Assembly (NCBI GenBank): GCA_947595635.1
Contig: CANQEU010000004.1
Span: 186 to 64,185, forward strand
Reading direction: 5' to 3'
Length of the DNA stretch: 64,000 nt
Origin: an uncultured Clostridia bacterium
Lineage (GTDB): Bacteria; Bacillota; Clostridia; Oscillospirales; Acutalibacteraceae
The position numbers and the translations under genes were made by a program. The notes below the pieces were generated by a model. The model saw nothing but the letters and a program-made list of their open reading frames with translations, was not told the DNA's origin and made no database searches. Of this stretch, positions 39,734-49,181 are shown in pieces. The first letter of the stretch is position 1; each line of letters opens with the position of its first letter.

Positions 39734-41023
39734 TCAGACTTTATTCATATTCGCAGTTCTTGAAATTGAAAGTATTATTCCCATTTGTATCAGTATCATT
39801 ATAAGCGACGAACCGCCGTAGCTGAAAAACGGAAGGCTTATGCCCGTGTTTGGCAGCCAGTCGGTTATAACGAAAATATTAAGTACAACCTGAATGCCTA
39901 TCTGAGCCGTAAGACCGGCGGCAAGAAGCGTTCCAAAGCGGTCTCTCGCCTTCATTGCTATCACAAAGCCTCTCCAGATAAGAAGAGCAAAAAGGATAAG
40001 CACAATAACCGCTCCGATAAGTCCAAGCTCCTCAACGACTATTGCAAAAACAAAATCATTTTGAGGTTCAGGCAGATACAGATATTTTTGCCTTGATTGC
40101 CCGAGCCCCAAGCCCATAAGTCCGCCGGAGCCTATGGCGTACAGCGAGTTCCTCGTCTGGAACGTCTGATCCCACATTTGGTCGTCGACATATTCAAGAG
40201 CCTTTCCCCAGCCGTCCAAACGCTCCATAGCGTAGCCAAGCTTTCCTGTTATCGCAAGAAAAATAACAACAGCCGCAAGCAGCGAGCCTATTATTACAAA
40301 CCATCTGATTTTGCCGCCGTAGAGAATGACCATAAGCGAGGTTAGTATTGCGATAATAACAATGCCGGAATAGTGAGGCTCAAAGTAAAGCAGCACCGCC
40401 GTTAAAACAAATATTATAAGCGGCGGAAGCGCTCCGTATTTAAACGTGTTTACCTTTTTATGCTGATACGCTCCCCAGTGCGCGAGAAACAGTATGATTG
40501 CAAACTTCATAATTTCCGACGCCTGAATATTGAAAAATCCGAAATCAATCCATCTGTGAATATCGGACGGAAAAAAGAACACGGCAATAAGCGAAGCAAA
40601 GCCGACGCCAAGTATTATTAATGAAAGCTTTTTAAAATACTCGTAATTAAAAAACGAAACGACAAACATTATAGCAATGCCAAGCAGAGCATAGCCGCCT
40701 TGACGTATAAGATAATAATAGCTGTTGCCCTGGCCGTAAAAGGCTATCGGGTAGCTTGCCGAAAACATCATAATTACTCCGCATACGAGCAAAACAAGTA
40801 TAAGGATAAGGAAGGGCATATCAACTCCGGCGCCGACCCTGAATTTGCTTATCTTCCCCTTTTTATGATTACTCTTCGGTCTTTTGTCCGCAAGGCGGCG
40901 CTTTGTAACATCCTGAATCGGAACGGCAAAGCCGTCCGACATAATATCCGATGACATTACGTCTCTGCGCTGCCTATCAATTTGTTTTTTTCTCCGTTTT
41001 ACACCGGAGCGCAATAAATCCAT
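39734..41023 (-). CDS. ftsW: SEDS peptidoglycan polymerase FtsW/SpoVE
   Basis: Multi-TM protein; RWIDFG, QASE, LPEPQNDF, PNTGISLPFFSYGGSS. Confidence 0.9.
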   Translation of the reverse strand: MDLLRSGVKRRKKQIDRQRRDVMSSDIMSDGFAVPIQDVTKRRLADKRPKSNHKKGKISKFRVGAGVDMPFLILILVLLVCGVIMMFSASYPIAFYGQGNSYYYLIRQGGYALLGIAIMFVVSFFNYEYFKKLSLIILGVGFASLIAVFFFPSDIHRWIDFGFFNIQASEIMKFAIILFLAHWGAYQHKKVNTFKYGALPPLIIFVLTAVLLYFEPHYSGIVIIAILTSLMVILYGGKIRWFVIIGSLLAAVVIFLAITGKLGYAMERLDGWGKALEYVDDQMWDQTFQTRNSLYAIGSGGLMGLGLGQSRQKYLYLPEPQNDFVFAIVVEELGLIGAVIVLILFALLIWRGFVIAMKARDRFGTLLAAGLTAQIGIQVVLNIFVITDWLPNTGISLPFFSYGGSSLIMILIQMGIILSISRTANMNKV

Positions 41024-41058
41024 TTTTACACCACCGTATAAGATATTGGATAATTAAA

Positions 41059-42075
41059 TCAGCCAAGCTTTATTATTCCGAACCATGTAAGCAGCACGGC
41101 AAACAGTCCGCAAAGTCCTGTTACGACGCTGAATACTACAACGATTTTTACCTCTGACCAGCCTGACATCTCAAAATGATGATGCAGAGGGCTCATCTTA
41201 AACAGTCTTTTGCCGTGAGTCAGCTTGAAATAAAGAACCTGTAAAACAACGGAAAGCATTTCAATTATATATGGCAGAGCGACAACAATAAGTATTACGG
41301 GCATATTCATCGCATACGCAAGCGCGCATAAATATCCGCCGAGGAACAGCGAGCCGGTGTCGCCCATAAAAACCTTTGCGGGGTAGAAGTTCCAAAGCAA
41401 AAAGCCAAGACATCCGCCGGCAAGCGCCGAAGCCATTATGCCCGAGGAATATGCCCTGAGCACGGACGCCAACAGCATAAACGAAAGAGCCGAGAAAAAG
41501 CTCATCGAGCCGGCAAGGCCGTCAATACCGTCCGACAAATTTACGGCGTTTACTATTCCCACAATTACAATTGCCGATATTATCCAGTAGAAGAAGCCTA
41601 AATCAAATTCTCCAACATACGGCACAAATATATTTGTTGAGGTTCCAAGAATAGCAAGGGTAACAAGATATGCTATTGCAATGGCGAACTGAAGAAACAG
41701 CTTTTGCTTTGCCGTAAGTCCGAGATTTCTTTTCTTGACTACCTTAATATAGTCGTCGATAAAGCCTACCGCGGCATAGGCGCAAGCCATAACTATTCCC
41801 GCAAGGACTCTGCCCAAATCAATCTTGAGAGCGTCATCGGCGGTAAAGAAGGAGAAAAGCAGAACGCAAACAAGAGTTGCGGCAACAGAGCCTATTATAA
41901 ACATAAATCCGCCCATTGTCGGAGTGCCCTGCTTTTTTTCGTGCCATTTGGGGCCCTCCTCTCTTATGGTCTGACCGTATTTAAGCTTTCTCAAAAAAGG
42001 TACAAGCCATTTTCCGAAAAGAGCCGAAAGCACAAACGACGCCACTGCTCCGCCAAGCACCCATCCTATATTCAT
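41059..42075 (-). CDS. mraY: Phospho-MurNAc-pentapeptide transferase
   Basis: KQGTPTMGG, DDYIK, NAVNLSDGIDG, FMGDTGS, PLHHHFE. Confidence 0.96.
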   Translation of the reverse strand: MNIGWVLGGAVASFVLSALFGKWLVPFLRKLKYGQTIREEGPKWHEKKQGTPTMGGFMFIIGSVAATLVCVLLFSFFTADDALKIDLGRVLAGIVMACAYAAVGFIDDYIKVVKKRNLGLTAKQKLFLQFAIAIAYLVTLAILGTSTNIFVPYVGEFDLGFFYWIISAIVIVGIVNAVNLSDGIDGLAGSMSFFSALSFMLLASVLRAYSSGIMASALAGGCLGFLLWNFYPAKVFMGDTGSLFLGGYLCALAYAMNMPVILIVVALPYIIEMLSVVLQVLYFKLTHGKRLFKMSPLHHHFEMSGWSEVKIVVVFSVVTGLCGLFAVLLTWFGIIKLG

Positions 42076-42129
42076 TGTTTCTACCTCCGTATTTTTAAAT
42101 TCGCTTCACTTTATTTCACTGCTTTCGCA

Positions 42130-44370
42130 CTACATAACTGCGTTATTGCCGTAATTGGACGAGGTCGTAAACGTAAGCGTTATTACCGTTCCCGCGGAAA
42201 CGGTGTCGCCTGCCGCCTCGCTTTGCAGCAAAACCACTCCGTCGCTTGTTCCGCTGACTCCAACAACGCTTATATTCAAGTTATACGAGGCGGCAACCAT
42301 ATTTGCCTCGGCAAGCGAAAGTCCCGAAAAATCAGGAACCTCAACCTCGCTGTTCGACACCTCGTCAAGACTTGTGTAAAGCACAACGGTTCCGCCCTGA
42401 GGTATTCTTGTAGACGCGGCCGGCAGCTGAGCCGCAACCTTATCTCCGTCGCCCTTAACAACGCAGGTGTAGCCGTCCGACTTGACCTGCTGCTCAGCCT
42501 CTTCTACGCTAAGACCGAGATAGCTGTTAGCCGTCGTATCCATTTGCTTTATTTCTTCATCTGTGTACTGTGCGCTCACCTCAAGATACGGCATAACCTC
42601 ATTCATAATTTGAGCAAATACCGGAGCGGCGACCGCGCTTCCGTAATAATTGTTTCCGAGCGGAGCGTCAAAATATACAAGCAGACATACCTTCGGGTCG
42701 TCGGCGGGAGCAAAGCCGCAGAACGACGCTATGTAATCGTCTATGCCATCGTCGTTTACGTCATACTTCTTTTCGGAGGTTCCCGTCTTTCCCGCAACAC
42801 GATAGCCGGCGACATATCCGTTTTTCGCCGAGCCTTCGGTTGCGTTCATCTCAAGAATCTCGCTGATCTTTTTGCATGTTTCCTTTGACACAACCTGCCG
42901 CTTAACGATTCTGTCTGTGCTTTTTACAACATTGCCGTTTGAATCGACTATCTGCTTTACAACATACGGCTGAAGCAAATCGCCTCCGTTTGCAACGGCA
43001 GAGATTGCTGTTACCATTTGTATAGGAGTAACAGAGATGCCCTGTCCGAAGGAAGCAATAGCCAAATCAAGGTCGGTTATATTATTAAAGAAAAGACCCG
43101 TCGCTTCGCCCGGCAAATCAATGCCGGTCGGCGCGCTGTATCCGAACGCCTGGAAATATTCGGCAAACTTTTCCTTTCCGATGCTTGCGCCTATCATCAT
43201 AAACGCCGGGTTGCAGGAATTACATATTGCCTGAGCAAATGTTTGCGTACCGTGTCCTAAGGTGTTGTGGCAGTTTATAGGCGCCGCTCCCTGAACCGGG
43301 GTATATGAACCTGTGCAGGTAAAACGCGATTCGTCGTTGACCTTGTTTTCCTCAAGCGCCATTGAAGCGGTAATTATTTTAAAAACAGAGCCGGGATAAT
43401 AGGTGTCGCTTACAGCCTTGTTTTTCCACTGTGCAGACAGCGCCTCGCTCTCCGCTTCCTCCTTTTTCTTGCCGACAAGCTTGCTTATTTCCGCTGCCGC
43501 AATTTTATCGGAAACCGTGAACGGATCGTTAAGGTCGTATCCTCCCTCAACCGCGAGTCCAAGTATTGCCCCAGTGTCTACATCCATCATAACAGCAACA
43601 GAACGGTTGTGAACCTTGTTTTCGACATTGCCCTGTTTAAGGTACTTCTCCATTATGTGCTGTATTGTTTCATCAATTGTTAAAACAAGACTGTTTCCGT
43701 CAACGGCGTCAACCTTTTGCTCGTAGTTAAACGGAAGCTCGATTTTTCCGTTCTTTGCTGTAACAAGTCTTCCCGGTGTTCCTGTGAGCTCCTCGTTGTA
43801 TTGATACTCAAGTCCGGCAAGTCCCTGATCGTCGCTGCCTGTAAATCCTATGAGCGACGACGCAAAATCATTGTACGGATAATATCTTTTATAATCCTCA
43901 AGCAAATCAATTACGCCTGTTATATCGTTTTCATCCTCAATCTTTTCGATGAATTTTAAAATCTTGTCGCGCTCATCGCTTTCTATTTGTCTTTTTACAA
44001 CCGAGTAATACGAATTCTCCTTAGACTTTTCAAAAATATCCTCCTGGTCAATTCCGAGAATTTCAGAAAGTCCCTTTGACACAATTGTGCGGTCGTTGTC
44101 ATTCTTAAAATCGTTCGGAGAAAGGACTACCTTCCAAACGGTTGCGCTCTGCGCAAGTATTTTGCCGTTTGTATCATAAATCGTTCCCCTTCTGGCGCTG
44201 ATTGCAGTATCGACAAGCTGCTGCTCAGACGCAAGCTGCTGAAGCTCCTGTCCCTGATAAAGGGTAAGCTGAGTAAGCCTGAATGCAGTTGTGCCAAAGC
44301 CGAGCACAAGAATACAGAGCATAATCATCATACATCGTCGCATCAGCTTTGACTTGGATCCCTTTGACAT
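42130..44370 (-). CDS. Class B PBP (FtsI/SpoVD-like) with PASTA domains
   Basis: RRGTIYD, PGSVFK (SxxK), SCN, KTG, C-terminal PASTA repeats; start at MSKG after GAAAGGGG. Confidence 0.92.
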   Translation of the reverse strand: MSKGSKSKLMRRCMMIMLCILVLGFGTTAFRLTQLTLYQGQELQQLASEQQLVDTAISARRGTIYDTNGKILAQSATVWKVVLSPNDFKNDNDRTIVSKGLSEILGIDQEDIFEKSKENSYYSVVKRQIESDERDKILKFIEKIEDENDITGVIDLLEDYKRYYPYNDFASSLIGFTGSDDQGLAGLEYQYNEELTGTPGRLVTAKNGKIELPFNYEQKVDAVDGNSLVLTIDETIQHIMEKYLKQGNVENKVHNRSVAVMMDVDTGAILGLAVEGGYDLNDPFTVSDKIAAAEISKLVGKKKEEAESEALSAQWKNKAVSDTYYPGSVFKIITASMALEENKVNDESRFTCTGSYTPVQGAAPINCHNTLGHGTQTFAQAICNSCNPAFMMIGASIGKEKFAEYFQAFGYSAPTGIDLPGEATGLFFNNITDLDLAIASFGQGISVTPIQMVTAISAVANGGDLLQPYVVKQIVDSNGNVVKSTDRIVKRQVVSKETCKKISEILEMNATEGSAKNGYVAGYRVAGKTGTSEKKYDVNDDGIDDYIASFCGFAPADDPKVCLLVYFDAPLGNNYYGSAVAAPVFAQIMNEVMPYLEVSAQYTDEEIKQMDTTANSYLGLSVEEAEQQVKSDGYTCVVKGDGDKVAAQLPAASTRIPQGGTVVLYTSLDEVSNSEVEVPDFSGLSLAEANMVAASYNLNISVVGVSGTSDGVVLLQSEAAGDTVSAGTVITLTFTTSSNYGNNAVM

Positions 44371-44918
44371 TGTATATCCCCTTTCATTTAAATGCCCGTG
44401 TGACATTGAAAAGCATTGGCTCGCTTTTCATTATATATGTGACACGGCGCACAAAGCGCGTCAGGACAGAAAATTGTTCTGTTTACGTCTCACATACATA
44501 TATATGTCAGAATCCTTAGTATATAACCCGACAGCAGGCGGCATAAGCTAAAGTGCCAAGCCCTGCTGCCGATTTGTATTTAAGATTAAATAAACAATGC
44601 GTAACACGTCGGTAACGCTTATTATAAGCGTCGCATAAATGAAGCGCATAAAGATACAATCCTGCGCGGCAGAAGTATGATAATCAAGTCAAACGACTGT
44701 TTCAGGGTTATATCTAACAGAAAAAATAACTTGAGCCGAAATTTTTACCGCAAAAAACGACAAAAGCCCAAAATAGCAAAAAGGGCTGCAACAATACAAA
44801 TCGGTGACAATTTACTATTTGTAATAAGTTAAATTTTTGTCACCAATTTGTATACAGGATTAATTCCCGTGTTACAACCGCTGATATAATACATTTTTAC
44901 TTTTGCCCAAAAGGTAGA

Positions 44919-45431
44919 TTAATCAAACAGCCCGGCAAAAGCCTGCGCTATTGATTCAAACAAATTAGAGCCGCCCTGTTGTGCAACCTCTGCCTTGTCG
45001 CCCTGTGAAAGGCTTATGTATTCCTTTTGGTAGCTGTCAGCCTTATTCATGCCAAGCTTTGACTCGGCATACTCCTCAACCTCAGCAGTTGAAAGCTTTG
45101 AATCAACCTTCATCTGAAGCTGGGTGTAAAGGCTCTCCTGATCGGACAAGTTAGACGAAGCATTGCTGATTTTCTGGTTAAGCTCCGTGAGCTGAACTTG
45201 ACCGTGAATTATGAAAGCAACAGTCACAGATATGATTGCGCCCATAACCACGCCGGTAAAAATTTTTGCCGGTGTTCTTTTTGCTCTTCTGTTCTTTATT
45301 AAATCCTCTTCAGGTAAGCTAACTACATTATGTCTTCTTCTGTAATTTCTTCTTTGCTCAGCTAATCTCTCTTCAGCCGTAGTCTCAAAGAGGCTGATAT
45401 CGTAGGCGACGCTTCTTCCGTCTAAAGCCAT
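44919..45431 (-). CDS. ftsL: FtsL-like cell division protein
   Basis: TM helix plus coiled coil between rsmH and the PBP; start at MALDG after AGAGGTG. Confidence 0.7.
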   Translation of the reverse strand: MALDGRSVAYDISLFETTAEERLAEQRRNYRRRHNVVSLPEEDLIKNRRAKRTPAKIFTGVVMGAIISVTVAFIIHGQVQLTELNQKISNASSNLSDQESLYTQLQMKVDSKLSTAEVEEYAESKLGMNKADSYQKEYISLSQGDKAEVAQQGGSNLFESIAQAFAGLFD

Positions 45432-45648
45432 AGTTTTACACCTCTGATTTAACAATCCATAATATCCGCGGCACTGCGGATACTTGATTTGCAATTATTT
45501 TGTTGTTTTTTGTCGGCCCGAAACACGCTTGTACTAAATAAATAACGCCGAAATTTTAAAATAAATTGTTCGATTATACCTTGTAACTAATTTGTAATCA
45601 ATGTCAAATATGCCTTAAAAACCATCCATTTAACAGATTACTTGTAAA

Positions 45649-45707
45649 TTACTACATCTTGGAGTGAAATTTAAAAATATTGACGAAAATTTCACTACAT
45701 ATAGTTT
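45649..45707. promoter_or_regulatory. Tandem NrdR-box-like motifs
   Basis: Cores CTACATCTTG (45652-45661) and CTACATATAG (45695-45704). Confidence 0.45.
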
Positions 45708-45731
45708 ACTACTTTCTGTATTAAATGTCAA
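45703..45731 (-). promoter_or_regulatory. Internal SigA promoter upstream of ftsL
   Basis: TTGACA (45726-45731)-17-TAAACT (45703-45708). Confidence 0.6.
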
Positions 45732-45760
45732 AGACTTTTTTGCGATTATTTACAACATTG

Positions 45761-46687
45761 TTACATTTTCTCGAAACATCTTAATTTAGCGCTTCTGCTT
45801 CGGGGATTTTTGTTCAATTCTGCCAAAGACGCCTCGACAGGCTTGCGAAAAACAAGTCTTCCTTTTGGCTTGTTGCCGCAAACGCACACAGGAAAGTCCT
45901 TCGGACAGGTGCAGCCGGTACACCATTGCTGCATTTTTTTCTTTGTTATTCTGTCTTCAAGCGAATGAAATGTTATTACAGCAAGTCTGCCGCCGGAAGA
46001 TAAAAGCGAAAGGGCCGCGTCAAGTCCCTCTTCCAATCTGTCAAGCTCGCCGTTTACGGCTATTCTCAATGCCTGAAAGGTTTTTCTTGCCGGGTGTCCG
46101 TCTCTTCTTTTTGCAGCCGGAACCGACTGCTTTATTATTTCGGCAAGCTGAAACGTCGTTTCAATTTTTTCCTGCTCTCTGCGCTTGACGATTGCGTGAG
46201 CAATAGACGAAGCGAATTTTTCCTCACCGTAAAGCGAAATTATCCTTCTTAGCTCCTCAAAGCCGAGTCCGTTCACCAAATCGGCTGCGGTCGTTCCGCT
46301 TTGACTCATCCTCATATCAAGAGGAGCGTCGCTGTGAAAGGAAAAACCCCTTTCGGGAGTATCAAGCTGCACAGAGGAAACTCCGATATCGAGCAAAATT
46401 CCGTCAACGGCTTCAATGCCGAGTTGCCGCGCCACCTGCGCCATCCGGCTGAAATTCGACTGAACTACTACAGAGCGGTTGTCGTCTTTAAAGCGTTCAG
46501 TTACGGCGGCAATGGCTGACGGGTCCTGGTCAATGGAAATTAATTTTCCGTTAGCGCTCAGGCGCTTTAATATCTCAGCGGAATGGCCTCCTCCGCCGGC
46601 GGTACCGTCTATATAAATACCGTCGGGCTTGATGTTCAGGGCGTCAATTGTTTCATTAAGCAATACGGGAATATGAGAAAATTCCAT
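45761..46687 (-). CDS. rsmH: 16S rRNA m4C1402 methyltransferase
   Basis: HIPVLL, DGTAGGGGHS, DIGVSS, PLDMRM, FHSLED, NPRSRSAKLR. Confidence 0.97.
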   Translation of the reverse strand: MEFSHIPVLLNETIDALNIKPDGIYIDGTAGGGGHSAEILKRLSANGKLISIDQDPSAIAAVTERFKDDNRSVVVQSNFSRMAQVARQLGIEAVDGILLDIGVSSVQLDTPERGFSFHSDAPLDMRMSQSGTTAADLVNGLGFEELRRIISLYGEEKFASSIAHAIVKRREQEKIETTFQLAEIIKQSVPAAKRRDGHPARKTFQALRIAVNGELDRLEEGLDAALSLLSSGGRLAVITFHSLEDRITKKKMQQWCTGCTCPKDFPVCVCGNKPKGRLVFRKPVEASLAELNKNPRSRSAKLRCFEKM

Positions 46688-46698
46688 TTTATTACCTC

Positions 46699-47118
46699 TT
46701 AAAACGTAATATTCTGCATCAGCTCGGCAATGCTCTCCTCTGTTGCTGCGGCAGAGATTTCATCCCATTTTTCGCTGCTCCAGATTTCAATTTGCTTTCC
46801 CGTTCCCACAATAGTGACCTCTTTTTCAATGCCGGCGTATTTTCTCAAATGCTCCGGAATTAAAAATCTGCCCTGAGAGTTTGGAACAGCCTCGTCCGCG
46901 CCGGCACAGAAGAATCTTTGAAGCGTCTGCGCCTCCGGCATCGGTCTTGAGGCTATCTGATTTACAAGGGACTCCCATTTATCAAGCGGCATTGCCAAAA
47001 GACATCCGCTCAGCCCCTTTGTGACATAGAAAGTCTCGCCCAGCTCCTCGCGGAACTTGGCCGGCATAATTATTCTGCTTTTTGGATCAAGGTTATGCCT
47101 GTATGTTCCGATAAACAT
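46699..47118 (-). CDS. mraZ: Division/cell-wall cluster repressor MraZ
   Basis: MFIGTYRHNLDPKSRIIMPAKFR, QGRFLIP, EIWS. Confidence 0.96.
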   Translation of the reverse strand: MFIGTYRHNLDPKSRIIMPAKFREELGETFYVTKGLSGCLLAMPLDKWESLVNQIASRPMPEAQTLQRFFCAGADEAVPNSQGRFLIPEHLRKYAGIEKEVTIVGTGKQIEIWSSEKWDEISAAATEESIAELMQNITF

Positions 47119-47150
47119 TGTGCCACTTCCATGTCAATTAACTAAAACAA

Positions 47151-47226
47151 CGCCATTTTCTGTCACCAAATGACATAATCTGTCACTCGATGTACTAATT
47201 ATATGACATTAAAGTGCAATTTGCAA
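47151..47226 (-). promoter_or_regulatory. mraZ promoter with 10-bp-phased direct repeats (putative MraZ operator)
   Basis: TTGCAA-17-TATAAT (47198-47226); downstream GTGAC/ATGTC/GTGAC/ATGGC at a 10-bp period. Confidence 0.6.
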
Positions 47227-47542
47227 GTTTTTTTGATATTTTTTTTGGATACAATTTTGTAATTTCTATACTTATTGAACAATAATGCACAGATACAAGA
47301 TATAGAAAAACATAATCCTAAAAGCACAATATAAGTAAAATAAAGCAAAAAAACCGCGGTATTTTTCTTAATAAGAATTATATTCGCCTTTAAACGTATA
47401 AAAATTTCGTCACTTTAACAGCAAAATTTTAATATTTATCTAAATAAATATCATAGCGTCCGACAGAAAGATATATTACAATTAGTATTATTTGCAAATT
47501 TAAAACAGTATTTATACTATTTGTATATTCAATGAGCAAAAG

Positions 47543-47569
47543 AAAAGCGCACAATAAATGTGCGCTTTT
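47543..47569 (-). terminator. Terminator of the rsmD-coaD operon
   Basis: aaaagcgcaca/tgtgcgctttt. Confidence 0.7.
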
Positions 47570-47581
47570 TTATTGTGATAA

Positions 47582-48043
47582 TCAGTTTCCGTTTCTCTGC
47601 GTGCTTTTGAGCCCTGCTCTCGCCTTTTTAAGCTCATTTACCTGAGCCGTCATAAGCTCGTCGGTTCTCGCCATAAGATCGTCTATATACGAGCTTGCGG
47701 CCTTGCGCAGCTCCTTTGATTTAGCCTGCGCATCATTAATTATATCGTTTGCCTCAGCCTGTGCAAGCCGAACGATCTCATTTTGATTAATAAGAGCCTT
47801 CTTTCTTTCCTCGGCATTGCGGATAATCTGCTCAGCCTCTTTTTTCGCGTCAGCTATAATCTGCGTTCTGTCGGCAACTATAGCCTTAGCCTGGCGAACC
47901 TCCTGCGGAAGATTGTCGTCAATATCATCGAGAATATCCTTTACATGGTCAGCCTCTACAATAATTTTACCTCCCGAAAACGGCATATTCTTTGCGTCAC
48001 CGATAACCTCGCGCAATTCTTCAATAAGTTCTTCAACTCTCAT
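47582..48043 (-). CDS. Coiled-coil protein (DivIVA-like), commonly found after coaD
   Basis: AKNMPFSGGKIIV, LPQEVRQAKAI, long heptad region. Confidence 0.75.
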   Translation of the reverse strand: MRVEELIEELREVIGDAKNMPFSGGKIIVEADHVKDILDDIDDNLPQEVRQAKAIVADRTQIIADAKKEAEQIIRNAEERKKALINQNEIVRLAQAEANDIINDAQAKSKELRKAASSYIDDLMARTDELMTAQVNELKKARAGLKSTQRNGN

Positions 48044-48103
48044 TTTTTTCATTCCTTTCAAAGACATAAAGCCCCTTAAAATATTTTTATAGAAAATGTT
48101 GTT

Positions 48104-48583
48104 TTAAGTTAATCTTCTCTCAATTTCGGCTCTGATACATTCGGGAACAAAATTAGAAATATCCCCTCCAAGGCTGGCCACCTGTTTTACTATACTTGAG
48201 CTTAAATACATATTTTCCGCACTTGTTGTAAGGAAAACGGTTTCAAGCTCAGGGTTAAGCTTTTTATTGGTCAGCGACATTTGGAACTCATATTCAAAGT
48301 CCGATACTGCACGCAGTCCTTTAACGACCGCCGTGGCGTTTCTCTCCTTGGCATATTGTGCAAGCAGTCCGTCAAAACCGACAACCTCTATGTTTTTCAG
48401 CCCGGCGGTTGCCTTTTTCAAAAGAGAAATTCGCTCATCAATAGTGAAGCTCGGCGTCTTGTTTAAGTTGACCATCACGGCAACTATCACATGATCGAAC
48501 ATCTTGGACGCCCGGCTTATTATATCAATGTGCCCAACCGTCACGGGATCGAAGCTTCCAGGGCATATAACCGTCTGTTTCAT
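48104..48583 (-). CDS. coaD: Phosphopantetheine adenylyltransferase
   Basis: [28 protein letters not shown]. Confidence 0.97.
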   Translation of the reverse strand: MKQTVICPGSFDPVTVGHIDIISRASKMFDHVIVAVMVNLNKTPSFTIDERISLLKKATAGLKNIEVVGFDGLLAQYAKERNATAVVKGLRAVSDFEYEFQMSLTNKKLNPELETVFLTTSAENMYLSSSIVKQVASLGGDISNFVPECIRAEIERRLT

Positions 48584-49128
48584 CAACACTCATCCTTGAC
48601 ACAATATACGCTTATTTTAATTTTACCATAGTGATAATTTCTGTCAAGTGTAAAATCGCCAATTTTTTCAAATAATTCTTCTTTTAGTGGACTTTCACAA
48701 ATAATTAGCCCGCCTTTGTTCATATTGTCCGAAAGATACGGCAGCACAGACTGTAAAATTCCGGCGCCATATGGCGGATCAAGGAAGGCAACATCGAATT
48801 TTTCACAATTTGAATTTAAAAACGACAGCGCGTCAGAATTGATAACCCTTGCGCCTTCCGACAGTCCGGCAGCCTCAATATTAGCCTTTATCACCTTTAA
48901 GGCCGCGGCACTTTTATCAACAAAAACCGCCTGCTTTGCGCCTCGGCTGAGCGCTTCCACGCCCATCTGACCGGAGCCGGAAAACAAATCGAGAAAGCGT
49001 CTGCCCTCAATATGGAACTGTATAATATTAAAGACAGATTCCTTTACCTTGTCAGTAGTCGGGCGAACGTCTTTCCCCTCCAGGGATTTAAGCCGTCTGC
49101 CCTTTGCCGAGCCTGAAATAACTCTCAT
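48583..49128 (-). CDS. rsmD: 16S rRNA m2G966 methyltransferase
   Basis: [29 protein letters not shown]. Confidence 0.95.
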   Translation of the reverse strand: MRVISGSAKGRRLKSLEGKDVRPTTDKVKESVFNIIQFHIEGRRFLDLFSGSGQMGVEALSRGAKQAVFVDKSAAALKVIKANIEAAGLSEGARVINSDALSFLNSNCEKFDVAFLDPPYGAGILQSVLPYLSDNMNKGGLIICESPLKEELFEKIGDFTLDRNYHYGKIKISVYCVKDEC

Positions 49129-49181
49129 CAAATCACCTATGATAAATTATGTTTAAATTCTACCAAAAAAAAGCTAATTCG

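Noticed and set aside
41704-42888. Long antisense ORFs (394 aa here; 212 aa at 2695-3333)
   Set aside because: They lie entirely opposite mraY/pbp and metY, with no motifs or RBS; typical shadow frames
44490-44535. SigE promoter for the PBP gene
   Set aside because: The ATA-N16-CATA match lies in an AT-dinucleotide run and the -10 fit is imperfect
44745-44810. 21-aa hydrophobic minus-strand ORF (TTG start) in the ftsL-pbp spacer
   Set aside because: No RBS and too short to support
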